Source: Phormidesmis sp.
Lineage (GTDB): Bacteria; Cyanobacteriota; Cyanobacteriia; Leptolyngbyales; Leptolyngbyaceae
Direction: 5' to 3'
NCBI GenBank assembly: GCA_965248535.1
Contig: CBDFJR010000002.1
Coordinates: 1,280,001 to 1,344,000, forward strand
Length of the DNA stretch: 64,000 nt
Positions 52,126-61,854 of the stretch are shown here, piece by piece. The number at the start of each line of letters is the position of its first letter. The first letter of the stretch is position 1. The notes beneath the pieces were generated by a model. It was not told where the DNA came from and made no database searches. It worked only from the letters and a program-made list of their open reading frames with translations. Both the position numbers and the translations under genes were made by a program.

Positions 52126-52986
52126 CTAGCCTTGAAGGGCCGTGATCTCTTCTGGAGTCTCGTTTTGAATCTCTTCTTGAATCAGAGCTTGAAATCTGGC
52201 ATCTTCGCGCAGGGTTTGAAAATTGATGTCTGTGGTCGCCATGCCCTTAATCACATAAGGCGATAGCTGAATCGCTCGCTCCAAATTTTCTAAGGCTTGA
52301 TCAAGCTTTCCTTGCAGCGCATAGATCCCCGCTTTTCCATACCAAGCGCTGGCGCTGCGATCGTTTATTTTTAAGCAGTTATCAAAACTGACTAGCGCCT
52401 CACTATAGCGGCGCAGCTTATTGAGAATTAGGCCTCTGTAGTTCCACACATAGTCACAGTTCGGTTTGATTTTCAAGGCCACCTCCACATCAAGCAGAGC
52501 CGCTGGCTGGCGGTTTAAGCACGAAAGAGCAATGCCCCGGTTATACCAGGCTTTGTGACTGTCTGGATTGAGGATCAGCACCCGATCGAAGCTGGTGATC
52601 GCCTCGGTGTAGCGAGAAAGATAGAGCAGAATTTTGCCGTGATTTTGCCAAGTGCGATAGTCGTTTGGCTCAAACTTGAGGGCCTGATAAAAGCTAGTTA
52701 GCGCTTCTGCATAGCGGCAGAGTTTACCCAACGAGAGACCTCGCCCTTGCCAGGCTAGCGACCATCGAGGCCGCAGGACGATCGCCCGTTCAAAATTGGC
52801 GATCGCGTCTTCGTAGTGCCCTATCTTTTCGAGAGCATAGCCGCGGCAAACCAGCGCGTCGGTGTTGTCAGGCTCAACCGTCAAGATCTGCTCATAGATT
52901 GCCGCCTGCTGCCCATAGGCACTGAGCAACCCTAGCGATCGTCCCCACCGATATCTAGCTTCTCGCGCATCCTCCTCAAGTTGCAT
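52126..52986 (-). CDS. TPR repeat protein
   Basis: Repeated W..RG..L..L.RY.EA motifs. Confidence 0.88.
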   Translation of the reverse strand: MQLEEDAREARYRWGRSLGLLSAYGQQAAIYEQILTVEPDNTDALVCRGYALEKIGHYEDAIANFERAIVLRPRWSLAWQGRGLSLGKLCRYAEALTSFYQALKFEPNDYRTWQNHGKILLYLSRYTEAITSFDRVLILNPDSHKAWYNRGIALSCLNRQPAALLDVEVALKIKPNCDYVWNYRGLILNKLRRYSEALVSFDNCLKINDRSASAWYGKAGIYALQGKLDQALENLERAIQLSPYVIKGMATTDINFQTLREDARFQALIQEEIQNETPEEITALQG

Positions 52987-52998
52987 ATCGCGCTGCGC

Positions 52999-53835
52999 TT
53001 ACGCCTCTCCTGGATATCGAGCCGTCAGCAGCGATAAAAAGCGCTCATCTTGCCGGAGTTGGTTAAAGTCGGCGTTGGTTTGAGCAATCTCGCGATATTC
53101 GCCAGGGTTGAGTTCGATCGCCCGCTCTAGGTGCTCGAAGGCCAGATCGAGTTCGCCTTGAAGGGCATAGCAGCAGGCTTTGTTATACCAAAGGGTGGGG
53201 GTGTTTGGCTTGAGTTCTAAGGCTCTGTCATAGCTGGCGATCGCGGCTTCGATCTGCCCTAGGTGATAGAGGGCGTTGCCTCGGTTTGTCCACGACTCTT
53301 CAAAATCGGGTTTGAACTCAATCGCTTTGTCGTAGCTGGCCACCACTTTTTCGAGCTTGCCCAATTTGCGAAGGGCCAACCCTCGGCTATACCACGCCCA
53401 GTGATAGTCAGGTTTAAACTCAATGGCCCGATCGTAGCTGTCTACCGCTTCTTGATAGCGCTCTAGGTTTCTCAGTGAGATGCCCCGGTTGTACCACGCC
53501 CAGTAGTAATTGGGTCTGAATTTAATCGCCTGGTCATAGCTGTGGATGGCTTCTTCATAGTGGTAAAGCTCATCTAAGGCGTTGCCCCGGTTATTCCACG
53601 CTTCTGGGAACCCTGGCTGATAGTCGATGGCTTGGTCATAGCTCTCGATCGCCTCTTCATATTTTTTGAGGTGATAGAGAGCATTGCCCCGGTTATACCA
53701 GGCATCAGAGTAATCGGGTTTGAGATTGAGCGCGGCTTCGTAACTGTGGATTGCAGTTTCGTAAGCTTTTGTCTTGTTTAGATACAGTCCCTTCTGAAAG
53801 AAGAAGGTCATCTCAACGTCTTGGGTTTGGCTCAT
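52999..53835 (-). CDS. TPR repeat protein
   Basis: AWYNRGNAL repeats; terminal WYNKACCYA. Confidence 0.9.
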   Translation of the reverse strand: MSQTQDVEMTFFFQKGLYLNKTKAYETAIHSYEAALNLKPDYSDAWYNRGNALYHLKKYEEAIESYDQAIDYQPGFPEAWNNRGNALDELYHYEEAIHSYDQAIKFRPNYYWAWYNRGISLRNLERYQEAVDSYDRAIEFKPDYHWAWYSRGLALRKLGKLEKVVASYDKAIEFKPDFEESWTNRGNALYHLGQIEAAIASYDRALELKPNTPTLWYNKACCYALQGELDLAFEHLERAIELNPGEYREIAQTNADFNQLRQDERFLSLLTARYPGEA

Positions 53836-53980
53836 CGCCTGGGTTTGTTTAACCTAAAGTGTCTTCGTTAAGATTCCCAGGACATGAAGCCAATCACCAC
53901 AAAGTGCAAAGAAAATTTATACGACTCGGTGAGGAAAAATCAACAAAGTGTGCATTTTTCTCAAGTTCACCGTCACCGTT

Positions 53981-56917
53981 TTATTTAGTGTCCATCCAAT
54001 TTTGGCCCGCGTGAATTTCAACCAGCAGCGGCACACTTAGCTGAACGGCAGTTTCCATTTGAGATTTGATTTGTGGCTGCAATTCTTCCCACGCATCGGG
54101 GGCGACTTCAAACACCAGTTCGTCATGCACTTGCAGCAACAAACGGGCATCATATCGCTTGAGCAACTCGTGCAGTGTCACCATTGCAATCTTGATAATA
54201 TCGGCACTCGACCCTTGAATCGGGGCGTTAGCGGCGGCTCTCAAAAGCTGTGCGTCGAACTGGTCGCGGGTTTTGACTTTGCTCAAGTCGATCGAGTCAG
54301 GATTGACACCGCGCAACTGCTTGAGCGAGTCGCTGGCAAAGTTGAAATAACGCCGCCGACCGCGAATCGTTTCGACATAGCCGTTGGCGATCGCTTCTCG
54401 CTGCATCTGCTGGAGATAGGCAAACACGCGAGAGTAGCGATCGTTAAACTTTTCAATAAATTCTTTAGCGACCGAAGATTTGACTCCGGCTTCTCTGGCA
54501 AAGCGCTGGGCACCCATGCCATAAATCACGCCGAAGTTGATGATCTTCGCTAACCGCCGTTCTTCAGAACTGATGTCGTCTTTTTCGAGCAATAGTCTAG
54601 CCGTCAGCGTGTGTACGTCCTGATTATTGCGGTAGGTGTCGAGCAACACAGGTTCTTGACTGAGGTGTGCGAGAATTCTCAACTCGATTTGCGAATAGTC
54701 TGCCGCCACCATCAGCCAGCCTTCGGCGGGGATAAAGGCTTTGCGAATCTGACGGCTAAAGGCAGTCCGAATGGGGATGTTTTGCAGGTTGGGGTTAGAC
54801 GACGACAGCCGACCCGTTGAAGTGGCTGCCTGGTTAAAGTCAGTGTGAACCCGATGCGTGTCAGAGCGTACCAGGTTTGGCAACGCATCCACATAGGTTG
54901 ATTTGAGTTTCGAGAGGGTGCGATGTTCGAGAATTAAGTCAACCACGGGATGATCGCCCTGCAACTTCTCTAGCGTTGCTGCATCGGTTGAGAATCCGGT
55001 TTTAATTTTGCGAGATTTCTTGCGATCGAGGCCCAAGCGATCAAATAACAATTCGCTCAATTGTTTGGGAGAGGCGAGACTAAAAGTTTCATCAGCAGAT
55101 TCATAAGCACGTTGCTCTAAGGATTGTAGATCGCGTTCTAACGTTTTTGAGAAAGCGTGTAGATACGATTCATCAATCCGTACTCCGCAGGCTTCGGCTT
55201 CGGCTAAAACGGGTTCTAACGGCTGTTCAACTTCTAACAACAATTGCTGTAGTTGGGGAATCGGTTCGAGTAGCGATCGTAGCTTGGGCACCAGATGAAA
55301 CGTGCTATAAACATCCATACCGCAATAGTCAGCAACGGCCGCAATCTCAATCTCTGGCAGGGTTTTGCCTTTGGTCACGAGGTCGGTGTAGTCGAGCGCT
55401 CGAATGCCTAAATAAGTTTGGCTGAGATCGCCCAGTTTGTGACTGCCTTCGGGATTGATGATGTAGCTGGCCAGCATCGTGTCAAAAACCACGCCAGCGA
55501 GGTGAATGCCCTGAAATCGCAGCACCAAGCGATCGTACTTAGCATTTTGCAATGACTTGGGATAGTTGGCGCTTTCTAAAATCGGCCGCAGGGATTCGAG
55601 TACCAGAGTTTTATCTAAGTTCTTGCCCGACAAATGCCCGATCGGAATGTAAGCCAGCGTGTCTTTTTCGGCAGCCCAACAGCAGCCAATGCCAACTAAA
55701 TTTGCGTCTCGTGGCTCTAGGGATGTGGTTTCGGTATCCCATGCGACGGGAGTTTTTGCATCGGTGCAGGTTTGCAGAATGGCAACCAGTTCGCTGAGTT
55801 TCTCAGGCGTATCGATAATGTGAGGCGAGAGAATAACAGGCTGGATTTTCTCAGCATTGGCCGTGTCTTCGGCACTAAAAAACCACAGATCGTCGCTTTC
55901 GCCATAGCGAGGAGCCGGGTTTTGAATCGGAGCGGTTTCGGCGATCGCCGCGATCGTGCCCTCAGTTTCAGACAACTCGGTGCCATCGCTAAGTTGATAG
56001 CGCCACTTTTTGACCTTGTTGAGAAACGATCGGAACTCAAATTTCTCTAACAGAGCGGTGACGTGTTCTTCATCAAATCCTTGGAGCCTGCACGCGGCGG
56101 GATCGATGTCGATCGGCACATCTAGATGAATCTGCGCCATCCACTGCGAATGACAGGCTGCATCGCGGCCGTCTTCGAGTTTTTTCTTGACGGCTCCTTT
56201 GATTTCGGCGATCGAGTTATAGACGTTTTCTAACGATCCATAGGTCGTGAGCAGTTGCACGGCCGTCTTTTCGCCGATGCCTTTCACACCCGGAATGTTG
56301 TCTGACGGGTCGCCGCACAGCGCTTTAAAGTCCACGACTTGCGACGGCAACACGCCCATTTTGTCTTTGACTTCCTGCACGCCAAACTCTCTCGGCGGCT
56401 GAGTTCCGCGCCCATAAACGGTGCTCATATAGAGAATTTTGATGTGATTTTCGGCATCGACTAGCTGAAATAGATCCCGATCGCCGCTCAGAATCTTGAC
56501 ATCAAATCCTTCTCGCCGGGCTTTGTGGGCCAACGTGCCGATCACGTCATCTGCTTCATAGCCGGGCTTGACGACGATCGGCAGATTCATCGCTCTGAGC
56601 AATTCCTGAAGATTTTCTAAATCGGGGATGAAATCTTCGGGCGTTTCGGGGCGATCGGCTTTATAAGTCTCGTCTGCGTCGTGGCGAAAGGTCGGGCCGC
56701 CTAGGTCGAACGCGATCGCGACATACTCTGGCTTTTCTAACTCGACCGTTTCTAACAGCGCTTTGAGAAACCCATAAGAGACGCTCGTCGGGATGCCCGT
56801 TGAGGTGCGAAGCCCACCGTCTCGCCCTTTGGCAAAGGCAAAATAAGAGCGAAACGCTAGGGAATGACCATCAACAAGAACGATTTTTGGGGGGGTTGTG
56901 GCAGTCAAAGTAGGCAC
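53981..56917 (-). CDS. polA: DNA polymerase I (start at GTG 56917 or ATG 56944)
   Basis: LVDGHSLAFR, EADD, DTET, TGRLSS.NPNLQNIP, DYSQIELR and QVHDE motifs. Confidence 0.97.
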   Translation of the reverse strand: MPTLTATTPPKIVLVDGHSLAFRSYFAFAKGRDGGLRTSTGIPTSVSYGFLKALLETVELEKPEYVAIAFDLGGPTFRHDADETYKADRPETPEDFIPDLENLQELLRAMNLPIVVKPGYEADDVIGTLAHKARREGFDVKILSGDRDLFQLVDAENHIKILYMSTVYGRGTQPPREFGVQEVKDKMGVLPSQVVDFKALCGDPSDNIPGVKGIGEKTAVQLLTTYGSLENVYNSIAEIKGAVKKKLEDGRDAACHSQWMAQIHLDVPIDIDPAACRLQGFDEEHVTALLEKFEFRSFLNKVKKWRYQLSDGTELSETEGTIAAIAETAPIQNPAPRYGESDDLWFFSAEDTANAEKIQPVILSPHIIDTPEKLSELVAILQTCTDAKTPVAWDTETTSLEPRDANLVGIGCCWAAEKDTLAYIPIGHLSGKNLDKTLVLESLRPILESANYPKSLQNAKYDRLVLRFQGIHLAGVVFDTMLASYIINPEGSHKLGDLSQTYLGIRALDYTDLVTKGKTLPEIEIAAVADYCGMDVYSTFHLVPKLRSLLEPIPQLQQLLLEVEQPLEPVLAEAEACGVRIDESYLHAFSKTLERDLQSLEQRAYESADETFSLASPKQLSELLFDRLGLDRKKSRKIKTGFSTDAATLEKLQGDHPVVDLILEHRTLSKLKSTYVDALPNLVRSDTHRVHTDFNQAATSTGRLSSSNPNLQNIPIRTAFSRQIRKAFIPAEGWLMVAADYSQIELRILAHLSQEPVLLDTYRNNQDVHTLTARLLLEKDDISSEERRLAKIINFGVIYGMGAQRFAREAGVKSSVAKEFIEKFNDRYSRVFAYLQQMQREAIANGYVETIRGRRRYFNFASDSLKQLRGVNPDSIDLSKVKTRDQFDAQLLRAAANAPIQGSSADIIKIAMVTLHELLKRYDARLLLQVHDELVFEVAPDAWEELQPQIKSQMETAVQLSVPLLVEIHAGQNWMDTK

Positions 56918-57031
56918 GATCGGGTGAGAAGGACAGACCACCATTGTAGCGAGTCTAGGGTATACACACGGCGTTGCTCGATTCGTCGTGGCTGTGATCT
57001 GGGTAGACACGATTAGGTTCAGGGAGAGATA

Positions 57032-57262
57032 CCAGGACTCGTGAGCGAAGTGCAACAACTCACGATCGAGAGGCAAAGACTCATCAACCAGGCATGGAAA
57101 CTCATGAACCGAGTGCAAAGACTCACGGGAGGCAATCAAGGACTTACAGGAGGCGATCAAAGACTCGCGGGAGACAATCAAGAACTCGCGGGAGAGATAC
57201 AGAGACTCGTCAAAGCAGAGTTAAAACTGGTGAGCGAGAAGATCTTCCTCGTCAATGAGTAG
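57032..57262 (+). repeat. Degenerate 11 x 21-bp tandem array; may encode a 73-aa heptad peptide (57041-57262)
   Basis: Units such as caaagactcacgggaggcaat and caaagactcgcgggagacaat; Leu at every 7th codon. Confidence 0.8.
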
Positions 57263-57314
57263 TGATCCTCAGTTGGGGGGATCGAGAACGGCTTCAGCCC
57301 GATCTCCAATCGCG

Positions 57315-58394
57315 TTACGCAGGTTGAAAATAGAACGCCGCGCCCAAAATCACATAGGTTGCTAACAAGAGTACGCCTTCTAACCAGTTCGATCGTCCGT
57401 CTAGACTAATCAGATTGGCAACGATCACCGCAACAGCGACAGCGACCACTTCAAACGGGTTAAAACTGAGATCCATTGGCTGCCCGATCGCTTGTCCGAC
57501 TAGCACCAACATCGGAGCCATTAATAACGCGACAAGCAAGCTAGAACCCATCGCAACGGATACCGATAGATCCATGTTATTTTTAACCGCAACGCCAACA
57601 GCCGTGACATACTCAGCAGCACCGCCCACCAACGGTAATAAAATCACTCCGGTAAACAGTGGTGTTAATCCTAATCCTTTTGTAGCCTCTTCAACCACGC
57701 CTACAAAAATCTCAGACTCATAGGCAACCGCCACCGTCGAAACGAGCAAAACGCCCAGCCAGAGCCACAGATTAGGCTGGTGAGTGGTGCCATCACTGTC
57801 TGTTTCTAATTCAGAAATGCCGACTTCATATAAATAATTATGAGTTTTGAGCGAGAAGATTAGCGTCATTACATAAACCACGATGAGCACGATCGCCACC
57901 GTCACCGAGAGTTCTTTAACGGGCAGAGTTTCGACTTCTCCAGAAAAATAAAACGCCATTGAGGGCAGCAAAATCGCAATCACCGCCAGCGTCATTGATG
58001 AGCCATTGACTCGCGCCACGATCGGCTTAAATTCTTGCTCTTTAAACCGCAGCCCACCAAAAAACATTGACATCCCCATTGCCAGCAGCAAGTTGCTAAT
58101 AATCGTTCCGGTAATGCTGGCTTTCACGATGTCGATCAGTCCGGCTCTGAGGGCAACTAGTCCAATAATCAGTTCAGTCGCGTTGCCAAACACGGCATTG
58201 AGCAACCCACCCACTGAGGGGCCCGTGACCACCGCCACTTCTTCGGTCGCAGTGCTTAACCAAATCGCTAGGGGCACGATCGCTAGAGCCGAAGTCACAA
58301 AAACCGTCATGCTTCCCCAGTCTAGTTTCTCGGCGGCGATCGAGATCGGCACGAAGATCAGCAACCCGATCGACAAAATCTTTTTAAGGGACAT
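57315..58394 (-). CDS. cax: Calcium/proton exchanger
   Basis: GGLLNAVFGNATE, GAAEY and SNWLEG motifs. Confidence 0.92.
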   Translation of the reverse strand: MSLKKILSIGLLIFVPISIAAEKLDWGSMTVFVTSALAIVPLAIWLSTATEEVAVVTGPSVGGLLNAVFGNATELIIGLVALRAGLIDIVKASITGTIISNLLLAMGMSMFFGGLRFKEQEFKPIVARVNGSSMTLAVIAILLPSMAFYFSGEVETLPVKELSVTVAIVLIVVYVMTLIFSLKTHNYLYEVGISELETDSDGTTHQPNLWLWLGVLLVSTVAVAYESEIFVGVVEEATKGLGLTPLFTGVILLPLVGGAAEYVTAVGVAVKNNMDLSVSVAMGSSLLVALLMAPMLVLVGQAIGQPMDLSFNPFEVVAVAVAVIVANLISLDGRSNWLEGVLLLATYVILGAAFYFQPA

Positions 58395-58433
58395 AGCAAA
58401 TCGCTCAAGGTCAAAAACTATAGCCATCCTAGT

Positions 58434-58453
58434 GTAAGGGCATGGCAGTGCCC
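58434..58453 (+). repeat. REP-like palindrome, internally deleted
   Basis: GTAAGGGCATGGCAGTGCCC. Confidence 0.6.
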
Positions 58454-58519
58454 ACTGTCTCAGTCAGTCACCGATAGGATTTAATCTACGATCGTTCAAG
58501 TCTGTAATTTCTCAAGCGG

Positions 58520-59146
58520 TCATCGCTGAACGGGGTGTTGACCATAAAACGGCAGCACCTCTGACCAGTCGCCATAGTCTTTTTTTTGCCAACGCTGGTA
58601 GGCCAGCTTCAGCACAGAAGCGACTCGCTCCCCTTGGTCTGCTTCCGCTTCAATCAATTGGTAGGGCGTGTCCCACGCTGAGAGCCTCTGCTGCCAAGCC
58701 TCCCCAGTCACCACCATTTCTGGCAGCAGCGCCGTTAACCCGTCCGCAGACTTCTGATAGATGGCAGCGTATAGCTCTCCGCGCTGGGCGGGCATTTGAA
58801 CGGCGATCGTGCCTTCAGTTGCAGGATGATCGGCAGCGATCGCCGCTAAACTTGACACCCCTAATAATGGAATCTGCAATTGCTGCGCCAACGTTCTAGC
58901 TGTGACGACTCCGATCCGCGTTCCGGTAAAGCCGCCGGGCCCAGTGGCAACTGCGATAAACGCCAGATCTGACCAAGTTTGGGGAGCTAAAAAATCGGCC
59001 AAAATCTGATGCAGATGAGTGGACAAATCTCGACCTAAGGGCCAAACCTGTTGGCGCGAGTCTGTAGCAAAATTGGCGATCGCTAACCCTAAATCAGGAC
59101 TGCTGGTGTGCAGGGCGATGCCATAAATGGATTGAAGATTTGACAA
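58520..59146 (-). CDS. tsaB: t6A biosynthesis protein TsaB
   Basis: GPGGFTGTRIG motif; C-terminal LPFYGQHPV. Confidence 0.92.
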   Translation of the reverse strand: MSNLQSIYGIALHTSSPDLGLAIANFATDSRQQVWPLGRDLSTHLHQILADFLAPQTWSDLAFIAVATGPGGFTGTRIGVVTARTLAQQLQIPLLGVSSLAAIAADHPATEGTIAVQMPAQRGELYAAIYQKSADGLTALLPEMVVTGEAWQQRLSAWDTPYQLIEAEADQGERVASVLKLAYQRWQKKDYGDWSEVLPFYGQHPVQR

Positions 59147-59276
59147 GGGAGGGATTGATCTTGGGTGATTTGATCGTCATTGTCTCATTGGAGTTGCCAT
59201 TCTCAAATTTTTTAATCCGCGTTATTAATCTTTTTAGAGTGTGGATTAAATTTTATGCGTGATCGGCATGGGCAAT

Positions 59277-59301
59277 GGGCACGGCAGTGCCGTGCCCGTA
59301 C
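59277..59301 (-). repeat. REP-like palindrome
   Basis: Minus strand GTACGGGCACGGCACTGCCGTGCCC. Confidence 0.8.
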
Positions 59302-59319
59302 ACAGATCTGGGGGTGGCC

Positions 59320-60738
59320 TTAGTTTGAAAAGATGACCTCTTTCAGTTCTCCTGGTTCTCCAAATACCCGATCGGGCTTTTGATTAAACGAAACCCTCAA
59401 AGCGCCCGCGTTGCCTGCCCGCAGAATAATTTGTCGATCGGCTGTCCAAGTTCTGCGAGTTCCGGCTGCTAAAACGCCCTCAAATTCGAGCTTTCCATCC
59501 ACCTCGATCGCCGCCCAAGTAGAATCAGTCACCCAGATCGAAACCGTGACTGGCTCTTGAGGAACCACGATCGGGTCACGCGGATTCGGGAACTTGACAA
59601 ACCCCGGAGGATGATGACGCGACGACGAAACAGCACTCAAAACGCTGGTCAAAAACACAGGCAAACTCAACACAATCAGCGTCGCCGGAAACGACCAATT
59701 GCTGAGTCTCAAATGTCGGCGCGAAGCCAATCGACTCGTCGCCCGTTTTGAAGTTGTCAAAGGCTTGGCTGGCTCGACATCCAGCGCGATCAAAGGATTC
59801 ACCAAAGCTTCGGCAATGGTTTTCCAGGGCGGCGGCTCAGATTTGGGCACCTCGGCTAACGGCGGAGTCGGTGATAGATCAGCGATCGCCGCCTCCGCCG
59901 ATCGATAGCGGCGATTGGTGGCACTTTCTAAGAGATTATCTAAAACGGTTCCTAAGCGATCGCCGACGGGAGCGGTCAAATAATCACGCCAGATCCATTG
60001 CCCCTCAGTGCCATCAAACAGATCAAACGGGGACATTTGGGTAAGAAGATGAATGCACGTCACGCCCAAACTATAGAGATCGCTAGAAAACTCTGCTTTG
60101 CCTCTAATCTGCTCTGGCGCAGTATATTCAGCACTGCCGATCATCGTCCCCGTTTTGAGCAACGCCGTTCCACTGGCAAATTTCGCCGCTCCTAAATCGA
60201 CTAAAACCAGGCTACGATCGCTCCTACGCCGAATAATATTGGCAGGCTTAACATCGCGATGGATCACATGATGCTGATGAACAAACTGCAAAACAGGCAG
60301 CAAATCTTGCAGGAGTTGATGAATCTGATCTTCAGTAAACGCCCCGGCTGCCAACTCTTGTTCTAACGTCTGTCCATCGATCCATTCTTGGACTAAATAT
60401 TGATGATGATCTTGTTCTAAATAAGCCAGCAGCGCCGGAATTTGGGGGTGATGCCCTAACTGCTCTAGGCGCTGTGCCTCGCGCTCAAAAAGCTGAGACG
60501 CAGTTTTGAGTAGCTTGGAGTCTTGCTGCTGCGGAAAAAACTGTTTAATCACACAGCGAGGTTTTGATGGCTCGGCTTCGTTGACGGCTAAAAACGTTCT
60601 GCCAAACCCGCCTTGAGCGATCGGGTGAATGGCTCGATATTGGGCCTGCAATCGCACGATCGCGCCACAGTGATGACAGATTTCGGCTTCACTGAGATTT
60701 TGCGGGTCGGCGCAGATGGGATTTAAGCAATAGCTCAT
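59320..60738 (-). CDS. Hanks-type Ser/Thr kinase with N-terminal 4-Cys motif, one TM segment and a RodZ-like (DUF4115) C-terminus
   Basis: YCLNP.C, QGGFG, HRDVKPAN, DLG, APE and LRAGNAGAL motifs. Confidence 0.9.
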   Translation of the reverse strand: MSYCLNPICADPQNLSEAEICHHCGAIVRLQAQYRAIHPIAQGGFGRTFLAVNEAEPSKPRCVIKQFFPQQQDSKLLKTASQLFEREAQRLEQLGHHPQIPALLAYLEQDHHQYLVQEWIDGQTLEQELAAGAFTEDQIHQLLQDLLPVLQFVHQHHVIHRDVKPANIIRRRSDRSLVLVDLGAAKFASGTALLKTGTMIGSAEYTAPEQIRGKAEFSSDLYSLGVTCIHLLTQMSPFDLFDGTEGQWIWRDYLTAPVGDRLGTVLDNLLESATNRRYRSAEAAIADLSPTPPLAEVPKSEPPPWKTIAEALVNPLIALDVEPAKPLTTSKRATSRLASRRHLRLSNWSFPATLIVLSLPVFLTSVLSAVSSSRHHPPGFVKFPNPRDPIVVPQEPVTVSIWVTDSTWAAIEVDGKLEFEGVLAAGTRRTWTADRQIILRAGNAGALRVSFNQKPDRVFGEPGELKEVIFSN

Positions 60739-60893
60739 AGCAACACCCAAACGTTGACAAGACTGTCTTGATCTTAATTCGAGGGGCGCGAACACCTATG
60801 GTGCAGGGAACCTGTGCGCAATCCGCAGAATTTATCTTAGAAGACCTCATCACTCATGCAAACAGCAGCCAACCTTTCTGAATAGTTGAAGCC

Positions 60894-60979
60894 ATCTAAC
60901 GTTCCCAATCAGTGGCGACAGAGATGACCGAAACGAAGCGCAAAGTCTCTGTACATCGGCTGCATTGGGGTTGTGATGC
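60894..60979 (-). other. attC-like site (86 bp) downstream of the Rpn gene
   Basis: Minus strand GCATCAC..CCCAATGCAG/CTGATTGGG (extrahelical G), ACAGAGA/TCTCTGT, R' GTTAGAT. Confidence 0.7.
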
Positions 60980-61010
60980 CGCACTTTCACGAGCAACTTT
61001 TTGCACAGGA

Positions 61011-61187
61011 TCACGTTGAGCTTTGTGCAGACTCATTGATTTGCTGTTGGAGTTGTTGAACGTCCTCGATCAATAAACCTGTTGAAGATGCAATGAGATT
61101 GATGTCCACGCCTCCTCGTAAAAGATTGAGCGCGATCGCCCGCGTCTTTTCATCCTGAATGGAACGGTAAATCACAGATTCTTGCAT
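61011..61187 (-). CDS. Predicted intragenic small protein (RpnS-type antitoxin), 58 aa
   Basis: GGAGG (61198-61194) six nt before in-frame ATG 61187. Confidence 0.55.
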   Translation of the reverse strand: MQESVIYRSIQDEKTRAIALNLLRGGVDINLIASSTGLLIEDVQQLQQQINESAQSST

Positions 61188-61764
61188 GATGTCCCTCCGC
61201 ACTAAGCTATAAATCACGTCTTCCTCTAATCGTAACCCAGCTAGAATCGCTGAGGCTGCCATCAAATTTGCTTGGGTTGTGGGTTCTTCAATCTGATCCA
61301 CAATTTGAGTTACTTGTCGCAACATCTCGGCTGGATTCTCGCTTTGTCCCAGTGCAGCAAAGGGCAGCAGTCCAGGATACTGAAGAAATAATGAGGCAGG
61401 TTGCTCCCATAGTCGAATGACCTGAAAATCATGACGGGTGTTTTCCAGCATGAAGCTGGTCTGATGTACAAGTTCAGAGGTTGTGGGTTTGAGATAAATC
61501 ACCACTTGCCGCATCGCTTTGTCTTCATAACGTCGATGCCCTCGAACGCGATAATCCAGCATCCGAAATGGAATTTTCTTCTTCGGCAGCGTTTGAAACT
61601 CGATGTGGAGGATGGATTCATCGGATTGGAGCAGAATCATGGCATCGGCTCGAATCGGCTCTAAAGAGAGTTCGGAGGGTTTGAGTTCTGTCATCATGAC
61701 AGGCTCTCCAAGTAGCCAACTTGCGAAGTCGGCGGAGAAGTGTTCGGCAAGTATCGTCATACAT
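61011..61764 (-). CDS. Rpn family PD-(D/E)XK nuclease; 5' microdeletion, alternative in-frame ATG at 61760
   Basis: IRAD, LHIEFQT, FRMLDY, IRLWEQ and MQESVIY motifs. Confidence 0.8.
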
Positions 61765-61854
61765 GAGGAGATTGTACGACTTATGATGCCGATTTAATTA
61801 TGCTCGAATTCAAAGAGAAATTAATTATCTTCACATAAGGTTTTAAGATTTTAA

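Noticed and set aside
53981..56917. Intein or intron in polA
   Set aside because: Length and motif order are ordinary; no splicing motifs seen
56945..57181. 79-aa N-terminal extension of PolA in the ORF track
   Set aside because: It is the antisense reading of the 21-bp array; PolA motifs begin after about 56917
57032..57262. 21-bp array as CRISPR
   Set aside because: Contiguous degenerate units with no spacers
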